From contig NC_090407.1 of assembly GCF_036365525.1 (NCBI RefSeq), positions 22,348,084 to 22,412,083 of the forward strand: a stretch of 64,000 nucleotides of DNA. The letters run 5' to 3'. Position 1 is the stretch's first letter; each line of letters begins with the position of its first letter. The notes under the pieces were generated by a model that saw only the letters and a program-made list of their open reading frames with translations, had not been told where the DNA came from and ran no database searches. A program made the position numbers and the translations under genes. Origin of the DNA: Heterodontus francisci. Its lineage: Eukaryota. Shown here one piece after another: positions 12,981 to 23,775 of the stretch.

Positions 12981-13515
12981 AGCATAAAGAAATGCAACAA
13001 GAGAAACAGAAAAGCAAATACAAAAAATATATAAAACTGGAGGCAGGGAGGGGTCATTCCAACTCATGAGTTATTTGCCCAAACAGAGTTGCTGAGGAGG
13101 TGAATGGAGGGATATGCGTAGATGTTGGTGTACATGTGAGAAGGTTTGGTCTTGCTACCTTAATCGAAGCAATGAAATTGGAGGCAGCCTCGTGATGAGG
13201 AGGGAAAACTGGTTGGGCATATAGGAAGCAGAGAATTGGTATAAAAGGACAATTCTCAGATTGGTGGCTGTGATAAGTGGTGTTTCCCAGGTAACGATGC
13301 GAGAAATGTATGCCAGGCATGTTTTGAGAATAAATAGGAGCATTATCATAAAACTAATCTGGGAAACGGAGAGTTGTGGAAGGTATAACAGGAGGTCGAT
13401 AGATTACAAATAAGCAAACGGTAGCGGTTGCAGTGTAACCTAACAAAAGTGTTAGTTCATAGTACATGAACTAACAAGGGAGGTAAGAGTATAAGCTAAA
13501 CAGAAAAGAATATAA

Positions 13516-14532
13516 CAAGGATGTCCAACCTTTTTGCGTGGCAGCGCCACATTCCAATTTTTATCTTACATGGGGGGCGGGGGCGGTGAGACAATTTCGG
13601 AAAGATAAAGGCATTGTAATTGATCTTACTATTAATCAAAACAACAACAAAGGTCCATTTTTGTGAAGAAGCTTGAAATGAGAAGACTAATTTATTGATT
13701 TACTTTCTGGTCACTATGTTGGGCACTGATTTAGTGAGATACCTGGCATTTTTTTGCTTGCACAGTAGTCAATGTTTGTCCTCACATTTGTAGCAATACG
13801 GAGTATTCTGGATAGATATCATTCTGTCAGGAGTGATCTTGATCACTCTCCCTCTCTGTCCCCTCCCCTCTCTCTGTCCCCACCTTTATCTGCTTTCTCT
13901 CTCTGTCCCTCTCTCACTCACTGTCTCCCCTCTCCCTCTCTGTCTCCCCTCTCTCTGCCCCCCTTTCCTCCTCTCTTTGCCCTCCCTCTCGCTCTCTCTC
14001 CCCTTTCTCTCTCTGCCCCCCTCTCTGTCCCCCTGTTCCTCTCTCTCTGCCTTCCCCTCTCTCTGTCCCCTTTCCCTCTCATTCTCTGCCCCCTCTCTCT
14101 GTCCCCCTTTCCCTCTCTTTCTCTCTCTGTCCCCCCTTTCTCTCTCTCTCTCTCTGACAATTGCAGACAGCGGGAGGGCTCAGCAGATGGCTGATCAGTT
14201 TTTTTGTAAATCTCAAATCAGTTTCACAGCTGACAGATCCTGACATTAGGAACAGCAGTTTCTGAACTTCGGACAGATTCAGAGTTTTTAAAAGGCTGCC
14301 GGAAAACCCCAAATCTGGCCGTTGCTGTTCCTGAGGTCAGGATCTGTCAGCTGTGAAATTGACATGCAATCTTTTTTAAAAGCCTGTCTGACAATACGGA
14401 ATTTCCCATCTCCATTCATGGACCCCTGGGTAGGATGAGGAATGGCCCCGGGTACAGTTCACATCTGCGGGCCGGGTAGAAACCATGGGCAGGCCAGATC
14501 CTGGCCCGTGGGCCTTATGTTGGACAACCCTG
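13516..14532 (-). mobile_element. Non-autonomous hAT (Buster/Charlie-type) DNA transposon
   Basis: Imperfect TIRs CAAGGATGTCCAAC / GTTGGACAACCCTG; 8-bp TSD GAATATAA at 13508-13515 and 14533-14540 (nnnTAnnn). Minus-strand transposase C-terminal remnant RSLLTE*YLSRILRIAT…KKCQVSH* at ~13730-13842. Confidence 0.85.
13845..14156. repeat. CT-rich low-complexity/microsatellite tract
   Basis: (CT)n/CTCTGTCCC repeats directly visible, inside the hAT element. Confidence 0.9.
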
Positions 14533-14969
14533 GAATATAAATAACAAGAAAACACAACAACGGAGTTATTTATGGTGAAAGACTAGTCAAATTTGGATTA
14601 TTGTCTCTGACTCAGATGATTCTTCACTTTCCTCATCCCCAATGTTAAAAATAACGAAGGGACAACATAGATGGGGAATGACTCTTGCCTCCAGTAAGGA
14701 ATTCAGAACAGGGAGACACAATCTTAAAATTCAAGTTAAGCAGTTAAAAGCGATCGCAGGAAAAACGTGCTTCACTCAAACGGTTACAAGAATATGAAGA
14801 GTACTGATCGGAAGTCATCGGTACCGTAGCAATCGAGTTGTTTATTCATGGGGTGGGTATCTGGGAAGTAAAGGTGTGAAGGGACCAGAAGAAAAGGCAA
14901 GGAAATTGGGTTAAAAGGATAACGCTGACATGGCTTTCAAAGTGAAAGGGATGGGCTCCAATTCGAATA

Positions 14970-15400
14970 AGCATGACAGGCCCCCCTTTTTATTTTTAGT
15001 TATTTTTTCTTTTTATTTTAGATTGTTTCATCATTCATTTTTCTTACCATGTGCCTGCCCACTATTTTTTTTCATGTTTGTGCTTTGTGCCAGGGCTGTT
15101 CAGTTTTCTGTCCATTAACACCCTCTCTGCACTAACACTTTGTCTTTCAACACACCCTTAACATACCGTTTGCCTTTGCTCCATGACCTTCTGGTCAGTT
15201 AGTCTCTGTGACCCTGTCCTATCAACATCTTTACTTTTGTTATCTCTCGCCCCACCTCCGCTTTATTTGCTTAAAACCTATTGCCTTTCTAACCTTTGCC
15301 AGTTCTGATGAAGGGTCACTGACCTGAAACATTAACTCTGCTTCTCTCTACACAGATGCTGCCAGACCTGCTGAGTAGTTCCAGCATTTCTTGTTTTTAC
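14970..15400 (+). mobile_element. Penelope-like element 3' UTR/pseudo-LTR with hammerhead motif
   Basis: Highly similar to 54483-54910, which follows a GIY-YIG remnant; CTGATGA at 15305-15311 and GAAAC at 15326-15330. Confidence 0.75.
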
Positions 15401-15930
15401 TCCAATTCTAATGTTCGTTCCTATGACACAGAAAAAAAGAGAATAAAGAAATACAACGCAAGATAGAATCTAGAATACAGAAATGGAGAGACAACAGCCG
15501 TCCCTCAACTGAGGGAGGTTCAGGACATGTGAGGGGCATTAGATGAATCTGGGGCCCTTACCATCAGGGAAAGCAAAATATTGCAGATACTGGAAATCTG
15601 AAACAAAACAGAGAATGCTGAAAATACTCAGCAGGTCAGGCAACATCTGTGAAGAGAAAAGCAGAGTCAATGTTTTAGATCAATGACCTTTCCGATTCTA
15701 ATCCTGTTTCTATTGATCCAAATAATTACATAGTATAGCACAGAAACAGGCCATTAGGTCCAACTGGTTCATGCTGGTGTTAATGGTTCACACAAGCCTA
15801 CTTCTCTCCTCTTCATCTCAGCCTATCAGCATATCCTTTCTCATGTTTTTTTCTCTTTCCTTAAATGCATCTATTCTACTCACTTTACTATGGAGTTCCA
15901 TATTCTTAGCACTCTGGGTAAAGAAGTTTC

Positions 15931-16745
15931 TTGCTGGGGCCTCAATGTTTTACAATTTATATAAATGACTTGGATAAACGGACTGAAGGTATGGTTACTA
16001 AATTTGCTGATGACACAAAGATAGGTTGGAAAGTAGGTTGTGAAGGGGACATAAGGAGGTTACAAAGGGATATAAATAGGTTAAGTGAGTGGGCAAAGAT
16101 CTGGCAAATGGAGTATAGTGGGGGAAAATGTGAAATTGTCCATTTTGGCAGGAAAAATAAAAAAGAAGCATATTACCTAAATGGTGAGAGATTGCAGAAC
16201 TCTGAGATGCAGAGGGATCTGGGTGTCCAAATGCATGAATCCCAGTACGTAGGTACAGCAAGTAATTAGGAAAGCTAACAGAATGTTGTCATTTATTATG
16301 AGGGGAATTGAATACAAAAGTAGGGAGGTTATGCTTCAGTTATACAGGGCATTGGTGAGACCACATCTGCAGTATTGTGTGCAGTATTGGTCTCCTTATT
16401 TAAGGAAGGATGTAAATGTGTTGGAAGCAGTTCAGAGAAGGTTTACTATACTGTTACCTGGAATGGGCAGGTTATTACGGGTTAACATTTAAAAATAAGG
16501 GATCGCCCATTTAAGACAGAGATGAGGAGAAATTTTTTCTCACAGAGGGTTGTGAGTCTTTGGAACTCTCTTCCTCAAAAGGTGGTGGCACAGGGAAATA
16601 AATTCTTGATAAGCAAGGAGGTGAAAGGTTATCGGGGGTAGGTGGGAATGTGGAGTAATCAGTTCAGCCATGAACCTATTGAATGGCGGTGCAGGCTCAA
16701 GGGGCTGAGTGGCCGACATCTGCTCCTAATTCGTATGTTTCTATG
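15931..16745 (+). mobile_element. CR1 LINE 3' fragment
   Basis: YINDLD…KFADDTKIG…WQMEYS…LYRALVRPHLQYC remnants; (tatgtt)-like tail. Confidence 0.85.
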
Positions 16746-17511
16746 TCCTGAATTTCCTATTGAATTTATTAGTGACAAGTGGAAACAGTTTCTCTACATT
16801 AATCCTATCAAACCCTTTCACAATCTTAAAGAATTGTTAGACGCATATATCAACAGAAATCAGTTTTGTCAAAGCAAAAATTTTCACTGAAAGAAAGTTT
16901 TGTATTTTTATTTTGGTTCAAAATAATCAACTGATGTTTTATCATTTGAACAATGTAGGAAACAAAATAGCTGGAATATTTTCATCAATTACAAAAGCAT
17001 TCAGCTGCTCAATTGGGAGGAACTCACAGCAAAGTAGTAATGGAAGGGAGTCACAGCAAGGTAGTGGCATCTCAAAGAATGAAGATCAATTTATCTGTGA
17101 TGATTGTTATTATTATGTGAACACCACCTAATGTGACAGAATCACTGCAGTGATGAGCTACCTCTATCACATGAAATGTGTCCAGTTGGAAGCCCAGAAA
17201 ACCATGCACAATCTCGGACCTCATGATGCATAGTCCTATATTGCAGTATGTTCTGGCTGTAAAATCTGGGACAAAACAATTTCTAATTTCTGTACACTTT
17301 GAACGCAAGGTGGTAAGAACAAGAGAGAAATCTAGTTCAACTGTATATTTTAATCTCGCTGGCTCAGCACCACCCAAGGACTGAACCTGGAACATCCCTG
17401 AATAGTGCAACTTATTTGTATTGACAGATATGGGGACTATTATGGATCGCTGTTTGTGTTCAATATTGCACCCAACTCTCAATGCTCACTGTAAAAACCT
17501 CTATGCACTAC

Positions 17512-18477
17512 TATTATGAACACTAGACTTTATAACATGATTGTGTTTTAAAAACAGTGATTTTTTAAAGTTTAAGATGGAGTCAGAGAAGTGAGGTGAC
17601 CTCACATCCACTCTGCTTAAAGACAAGGCAGAAATATTGGTTACCAGGACAATAGAGAACCTAGATCAAAGACTTTTCTTTGAAAAGCAGAGACTGCAGG
17701 GTTATAACACCTGAAGAACAATGAGTTTCACCCTCCCAGACTTTCGCATCGTAAACAAGGAGTCAGTAATTCTGAGAATGCAAATGTGCATGGCAGCTGC
17801 TAACACTTAGTAACAATGGAAAACCTGGGTTGCACTGCTGAAGCCAGACTTGTGGACTTTGCATATTGGAAAAGGACAATGAGTTATTGACTTTGATTCC
17901 AGATAAATTTAACAGATTTTCTTAAGGCAGACAGGCTGTGAGAGGAAGACAACTGGCGGTGGCAGCCTCAAGGGAGAGAGAGAAGGAACATGTGTTCTCA
18001 GAAAAAAACAGCAAAAAGCTACAAAGTCTTGAACCTGTTTAGAAAGCTGAGGTTTGCGGGCAAGTAAAAGACCAACAGGATCACCAGGAATCACCTGATT
18101 CATGGACATCCAGGTCAAAAGTGCTCGGAGAAGTGACCGAAGAGGACATTGACTTTGAGAAAGGTCTGGGTGACCTAGCCCATTGCAACTGGGAGGAGTT
18201 TGGGATTTGTAACCACAAAGATTTTGCCATCAAAGAGGATCGTATAACGTATAAGAGTGGCGTGAAGTTTTCAAGTGTTTTAATAAATAAAGAAAATACC
18301 TTTCTTTGTAAGTAGCCGATGCCCCAAATTACAACGTACTATTTAGTTAATGGGGATTTCTTTTAGTTTAATTATTTTATTAAGTCTTAAAACGTGAAAT
18401 CTTGTGTAATTCTTTAAATTGGTCTGGTGGTTTAGATCTCATATTTTAATGTTAATGGTCTCATTGAGGTCATAAGA
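17512..18477 (+). mobile_element. Solo LTR (Gypsy-like)
   Basis: Degenerate termini TATTATGA…TCATAAGA (cf. TGTTATGA…TCGTAACA of the LTR at 40232-41091), flanked by 5-bp TSD ACTAC (17507-17511, 18478-18482). Strand is inferred. Confidence 0.6.
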
Positions 18478-19210
18478 ACTACAATGAATTAAAACAACTT
18501 TGTGAAGTACTGGGATATGAAGGGTTTGATAGTTAACTGGGAGAAAACTATTTCTACTGTTTGAGGAGTCAGTATCCATGATTTCGTCACTTTTAAATTG
18601 TCACTGAGAATGAGGAGAAAGGTTAGGTGAAGTGGACCATGGACTACAGAGGGTGGGTTATGTTAAAGGAAAGTGGGTAACCACAGGAAGGTACAGAACT
18701 ATTGGTAAAAAGGGAGAGAGGGGGCGAGATGGGAGAGAGGGGAGACAGGATAATGGCATTCCTTTACATTGTGCTAGCACCAGCTGACAGACATGTTGAC
18801 ACCAATGGCCTTCTGTGGTTCAATACTGGTTGAATAATGTTGATACTGTGTGTTGCCCAGATTTGGTGCAGTTCCTGCGGGAACTGTTGAAAGCTGGATG
18901 TGTGATATTAAGTCTGTAACTGTGACAAATAAATGTCACCAGGAGAAAACTTCTGTTTTTCCCTCATCTTCCTCCCTCCAGATTGCTTTCTGCAGTTTGG
19001 GTGTGAGGCTAGGGTGTGGGATCAGGTGAGGGTGAAAATGAAGTGCAGGTGTGATGGTGTGTGAAGAGGAGAGATGATGGTGTGAGGTGAGGCTGTGAGG
19101 GTGGAGGTGGGGAATGGATTGAGGTGAGGGGATGTGGGGTAAGGTGTGAAGGTGGGGATGGAGGTGAGGTGAAAGTGTGGTGGAGTGGGTGGGGAATGAG
19201 GTAAGGGTGT

Positions 19211-22200
19211 TTTTTCTTCTTTTGGGCCTCCTTATCTCGAGAGACAATGGATACGCGCCTGGAGGTGGTCAGTGGTTTGTGAAGCAGCGCCTGGAGTGGC
19301 TATAAAGGCCAATTCTAGAGTGACAGGCTTTTCCACAGGTGCTGCAGAGAAATTTGTTTGTCGGGGCTGTTGCACAATTGGCTCTCCCCTTGCACCTCTG
19401 TCTTTTTTCCTGCCAACTACTAAGTCTCTTCGACTCGCCACATTTTAGCCCCGTCTTTATGGCTGCCCGCCAGCTCTGGCGAACGCTGGCAACTGACTCC
19501 CACGACTTGTGATCAATGTCACAGGATTTCATGTCGCGTTTGCAGACGTCTTTATAGCGGAGACATGGACGGCCGGTGGGTCTGATACCAGTGGCGAGCT
19601 CGCTGTACAATGTGTCTTTGGGGATCCTGCCATCTTCCATGCGGCTCACATGGCCAAGCGATCTCAAGCGCCGCTGACTCAGTAGTGTGTACAAGCTGGG
19701 GATGTTGGCCGCCTCGAGGACTTCTGTGTTGGAGATACGGTCCTGCCACCTGATGCCAAGTATTCTCCGGAGGCAGCGAAGATGGAATGAATTGAGACGT
19801 CGCTCTTGGCTGACATACGTTGTCCAGGCCTCGCTGCCATAGAGCAAGGTACTGAGGACACAGGCCTGATACACTCGGACTTTTGTGTTCCGTGTCAGTG
19901 CGCCATTTTCCCACACTCTCTTGGCCAGTCTGGACATAGCAGTGGAAGCCTTTCCCATGCGCTTGTTGATTTCTGCATCTAGAGACAGGTTACTGGTGAT
20001 AGTTGAGCCTAGGTAGGTGAACTCTTGAACCACTTCCAGAGCGTGGTCGCCAATATTGATGGATGGAGCATTTCTGACATCCTGCCCCATGATGTTTGTT
20101 TTCTTGAGGCTGATGGTTAGGCCAAATTCATTGCAGGCAGCCGCAAACCTGTCGATGAGACTCTGCAGGCACTCTTCAGTGTGAGATGTTAAAGCAGCAT
20201 CGTCAGCAAAGAGGAGTTCCCTGATGAGGACTTTCCGTACTTTGGACTTCGCTCTTAGACGGGCAAGGTTGAACAACCTGCCCCCTGATCTTGTGTGGAG
20301 GAAAATTCCTTCTTCAGAGGACATGAACGCATGTGAAAGCAGCAGGGAGAAGAAAATCCCAAAAAGTGTGGGTGCGAGAACACAGCCCTGTTTCACGCCA
20401 CTCAGGATAGGAAAGGGCTCTGAGGAGGAGCCACCATGTTGAATTGTGCCTTTCATATTGTCATGGAATGAGGTGATGATACTTAGTAGCTTTGGTGGGC
20501 ATCCAATCTTTTCTAGTAGTCTGAAGAGACCACGTCTGCTGACGAGGTCAAAGGCTTTGGTGAGATCAATGAAAGCAATGTAGAGGGGCATCTGTTGTTC
20601 ACGGCATTTCTCCTGTATCTGACGAAGGGAGAACAGCATGTCAACGGTCGATCTCTCTGCACGAAAGCCACACTGTGCCTCAGGGTAGATGCGCTCGGCC
20701 AGCTTCTAGAGCCTGTTCAGAGCGACTCGAGCAAAGACTTTCCCCACTATGCTGAGCAGGGAGATTCCACGGTAGTTGTTGCAGTCACCGCGGTCACCTT
20801 TGTTTTTATAGAGGGTGATGATATTGGCATCGCGCATGTCCTGGGGTACTGCTCCCTCGTCCCAGCACAGGCAAAGCAGTTCATGTAGTGCTGAGAGTAT
20901 AGCAGGCTTGGCACTCGATTATTTCAGGGGTAATGCTGTCCTTCCCAGGGGCTTTTCCACTGGCTAGAGAATCAATGGCATCACTGAGTTCTGATTTGGT
21001 TGGCTGTATGTCCAGCTCATCCATGACTGGTAGAGGCTGGGCTGCATTGAGGGCAGTCTCAGTGACAGCATTCTCCCTGGAGTACAGTTCTAGGTAGTGC
21101 TCAACCCAGCGGTCCATTTGTTTGTGTTGGTCAGTGATTATGTCCCCTGATTTAGATTTGAGGGGGGCGATCTTCTTGATGGTTGGCCCAAGAGCTCTCT
21201 TCATGCCATCATACTTTCCTCTGATGTTTCCGGTGTCTGAGGCCAGCTGAATATGACTGCATAGGTGTTGCCAGTAGTCGTTTGTGCAGCGCCTGGCTGT
21301 TCTTTGTGCAGTGCTTCTGGCTGCTTTAAGTGCTGCGGATGTTAAATCGCTGGGGACTTTCTTGTAGTTCAACAGTGCAATGCGCTTAGCGGCTATGACA
21401 GGTTCCAGCTCTTCATTATGAGATTGAAACCAGTCTGCATTTCTCTTCGCACTTTTGCTGTAGGTGGTCAAAGCTGACTCATAGATGGCGTCTCTGATGT
21501 GGGCCCACTTGGTCTCAGCATCCCCTGTGGGAGTGTTTTGAAGGGCTGTTACAAGTGAATTTAGAAATTTTTGTAACAGCTGTGGGTGAGAAATTCTGCT
21601 CGTGTTGATGCGCGGGTGGCCCTTCTGCTTGGAATGATGCAACTTCTTTGGTCTGAGTCTAACCTTGCTGCACACCAGGGAGTGGTCGGTGTCACAGTCT
21701 GCACTGTGGAAGCTGCGTGTGATTTGAACACTGTTTTAGGCGGCTCGCCTTGTGACAATGAGGTCTAGCTGGTGTCAATGACGCGATCTTGGGTGCCTCC
21801 ATGAAACCTGGTGACAGGGTTTAGTGTGAAAGAACGAGTTGGTGATGCAGAGGTTCTGATAGGTACACAACTCAAGCAGTCTCTGCCCGTTCTCATTCAT
21901 CCTTCCAACGCCATAGCGCCCAAGGCAGGAGGGCCATGAGTCATGGTCGGCCCCAACCCTGGCATTAAAGTCCCCCAGCAGGAATAGGTGTTCGGTGTTG
22001 GGGATGCTGCTAATGATATGGAGTTGCTCGTAGAACTGGTCTTTAGCTTCAGGAGGGGAGCAGAGTGTTGGAGCATAGTTGCTGAGTAGGTGTACTGGAC
22101 CAGAGGTGGTAAGCAGTCGGATGGACAGTATGCGTTCCGAGCCATTTGAGGGAGGCTCTATCATGCTGAGAAAGGAGTTTCTGATGGCGAAGCCCACTCC

Positions 22201-22249
22201 ATGCTGTCTTGGTTCTTCAGGATCCCTGCCCTGCCAGAAGAAGGTGTAA
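19211..22249 (-). mobile_element. RTE-clade LINE, 5'-truncated, young
   Basis: APE remnant (YTFFWQG…HGVGFAI…LLGDFNARVG), RT (IDLTKAFDLV, GVKQGCVLAP, LFADD) and C-terminal CxxC…SRIGLYSH. 19-bp TSD GGGAATGAGGTAAGGGTGT at 19192-19210 and 22250-22268. Only a few stops/frameshifts. Confidence 0.92.
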
Positions 22250-22437
22250 GGGAATGAGGTAAGGGTGTAAGAGAAGGGAATGAGGTGAGGGGTGAAGGTG
22301 GTGTTGAGGCAAGAGGGTGAGGTGAAAGTGAGGAATGAGGAGAAAGTGGGGAATAAGGGGAGGGTGAGATGGAGGTGAAGGTGTGGTGGAGAGGGTGGTG
22401 AAATGAGTGGGGTGAGGTCGGGGAGGGTGTGAAGATT

Positions 22438-22800
22438 GGGCGGCACAGTGGCGCAGTGGTTAGCACTGCAGCCTCACAGCTCCAGGGACCCGGGTTCGAT
22501 TCTGGGTACTGCCTGTGCGGAGTTTGCAAGTTCTCCCTGTGTCTGCGTGGGTTTCCTCCGGGTGCTCCGGTTTCCTCCCACATGCCAAAGACTTGCAGGT
22601 TGATAGGTTAATTGGCCATTATAAATTGCCCCTAGTATAGGTAGGTGGTAGGGAAATATATAGGGATAGGTGGGGATGTGATAGGAATACGGGATTAGTG
22701 TAGGATTTGTATAAAATGGGTGGTTGATGGTCGGCACAGACTCGGTGGGCCGAAGGGCCTGTTTAAGTGCTGTATCTCTAAACTAAACTAAACTAAACTA
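22438..22800 (+). mobile_element. HE1-type tRNA-derived V-SINE
   Basis: A box TGGCGCAGTGG, B box GGTTCGATTC, V-domain GGGTTTCCTCCGGGTGCTCCGGTTTCCTCCCACA, CR1-like 3' end and (TAAAC)n tail. Confidence 0.88.
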
Positions 22801-22899
22801 AGATGGGAGATGAAGGGTGGAAAATGGAGTGAGGACGGGGTGGGTATGAGGGTGAAGTGAGAGTAGGAATGGAGTGAGGTTAGTGTGTGGCAGGGGATG

Positions 22900-23142
22900 G
22901 TTTTCGAGCGGATGGGCTCCTCGCGCTGTAGCTCGGAGCCGTTCGGTTTAAACTGAAGCTCGCGCTACGGCGCGTTCCTTTCACGTAAGCCGATGACATC
23001 ACGCGCATTGCGTATCTGGGAAGTGGTAGCGGTCGGAGGTCAAGCGCTGGCGGAGGTGGCTGGTTGGCCCCACCAAGGAACAATGAGGCTGTCGATCGAG
23101 TAAAAGCTGGAGTGCAGTCAGTCGCCGGCGGAGTGAGCGGCG
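22900..23142 (+). promoter_or_regulatory. MAD2L2: MAD2L2 CpG-island promoter and non-coding exon 1
   Basis: CpG-rich; CRE-like TGACATCA (22994-23001); ZNF143-like CTGGGAAGTGGTAGC (23016-23030); donor CG|GTAAGG at 23143; short uORF MRLSIE* at 23083-23103. Confidence 0.65.
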
Positions 23143-23735
23143 GTAAGGAGCTCAGGATCTCTCTCTTGGAAAGCCCATGTTTCTAGTCTGGGCTGTGATT
23201 TTTTCCCCCGCGTCATTTCCGTCCCAGCACCGGTTTCACAAATATCTCCCAAGTTTTATCGACACTGAAATGTGGCTCGAAGATCCCATTGACTTTTCAG
23301 TTACATCTATTACTCTACCCACAAATCAATACTGGCCCTATTTACAGGGCTGCACAGCCTTGGATCATGGCTTCAATGTGGTACCATGGGTTAACACACA
23401 TTGGAATTCGAAATGCACGATTTGATGAATGTTCAATGAAAATCACTACAAATATTCCAAAGGGGAATGCGTTTGAGATATGGAATCAGTTTTCTTGATC
23501 TCTTCCCCCTTTAAGATGCTCCCTAAAATCTTTTTGACCAAGCTTTTGGTCACCCATGTCTGTGGCTGGGTGTCAAATTTTGTTTAACATTCCTATAATG
23601 TGTCTGGGGACATTTTAGTACACATTGTTGTCCATCTGCAAGTGGAACAAGGAATAAAAACCCATAGTTTTTTAAAAACCATGCCTTCTGAACCAGTTGT
23701 AATTGATTTTGTTTCTCCGACAGGAACTTGTGAAC

Positions 23736-23775
23736 ATGGCCACCCTCACACGACAGGATCTCAATTTTGGACAAG
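23736..23775 (+). CDS. MAD2L2: MAD2L2 coding exon 1 ([13 protein letters not shown])
   Basis: Acceptor cag at 23721-23723, ATG at 23736, donor GT at 23776. Confidence 0.93.

Noticed and set aside
13772-14312. Overlapping Leu/Ser/Pro- and Arg/Glu-rich ORFs
   Set aside because: Artefacts of the CT microsatellite.
19269-20639. Functional host reverse transcriptase gene
   Set aside because: Part of a 5'-truncated RTE copy with upstream stops/frameshifts and TSDs.
22438-22510. tRNA gene (A and B boxes)
   Set aside because: It is the head of an HE1 SINE: it continues into the V-domain and LINE-like tail, and occurs in three copies here.
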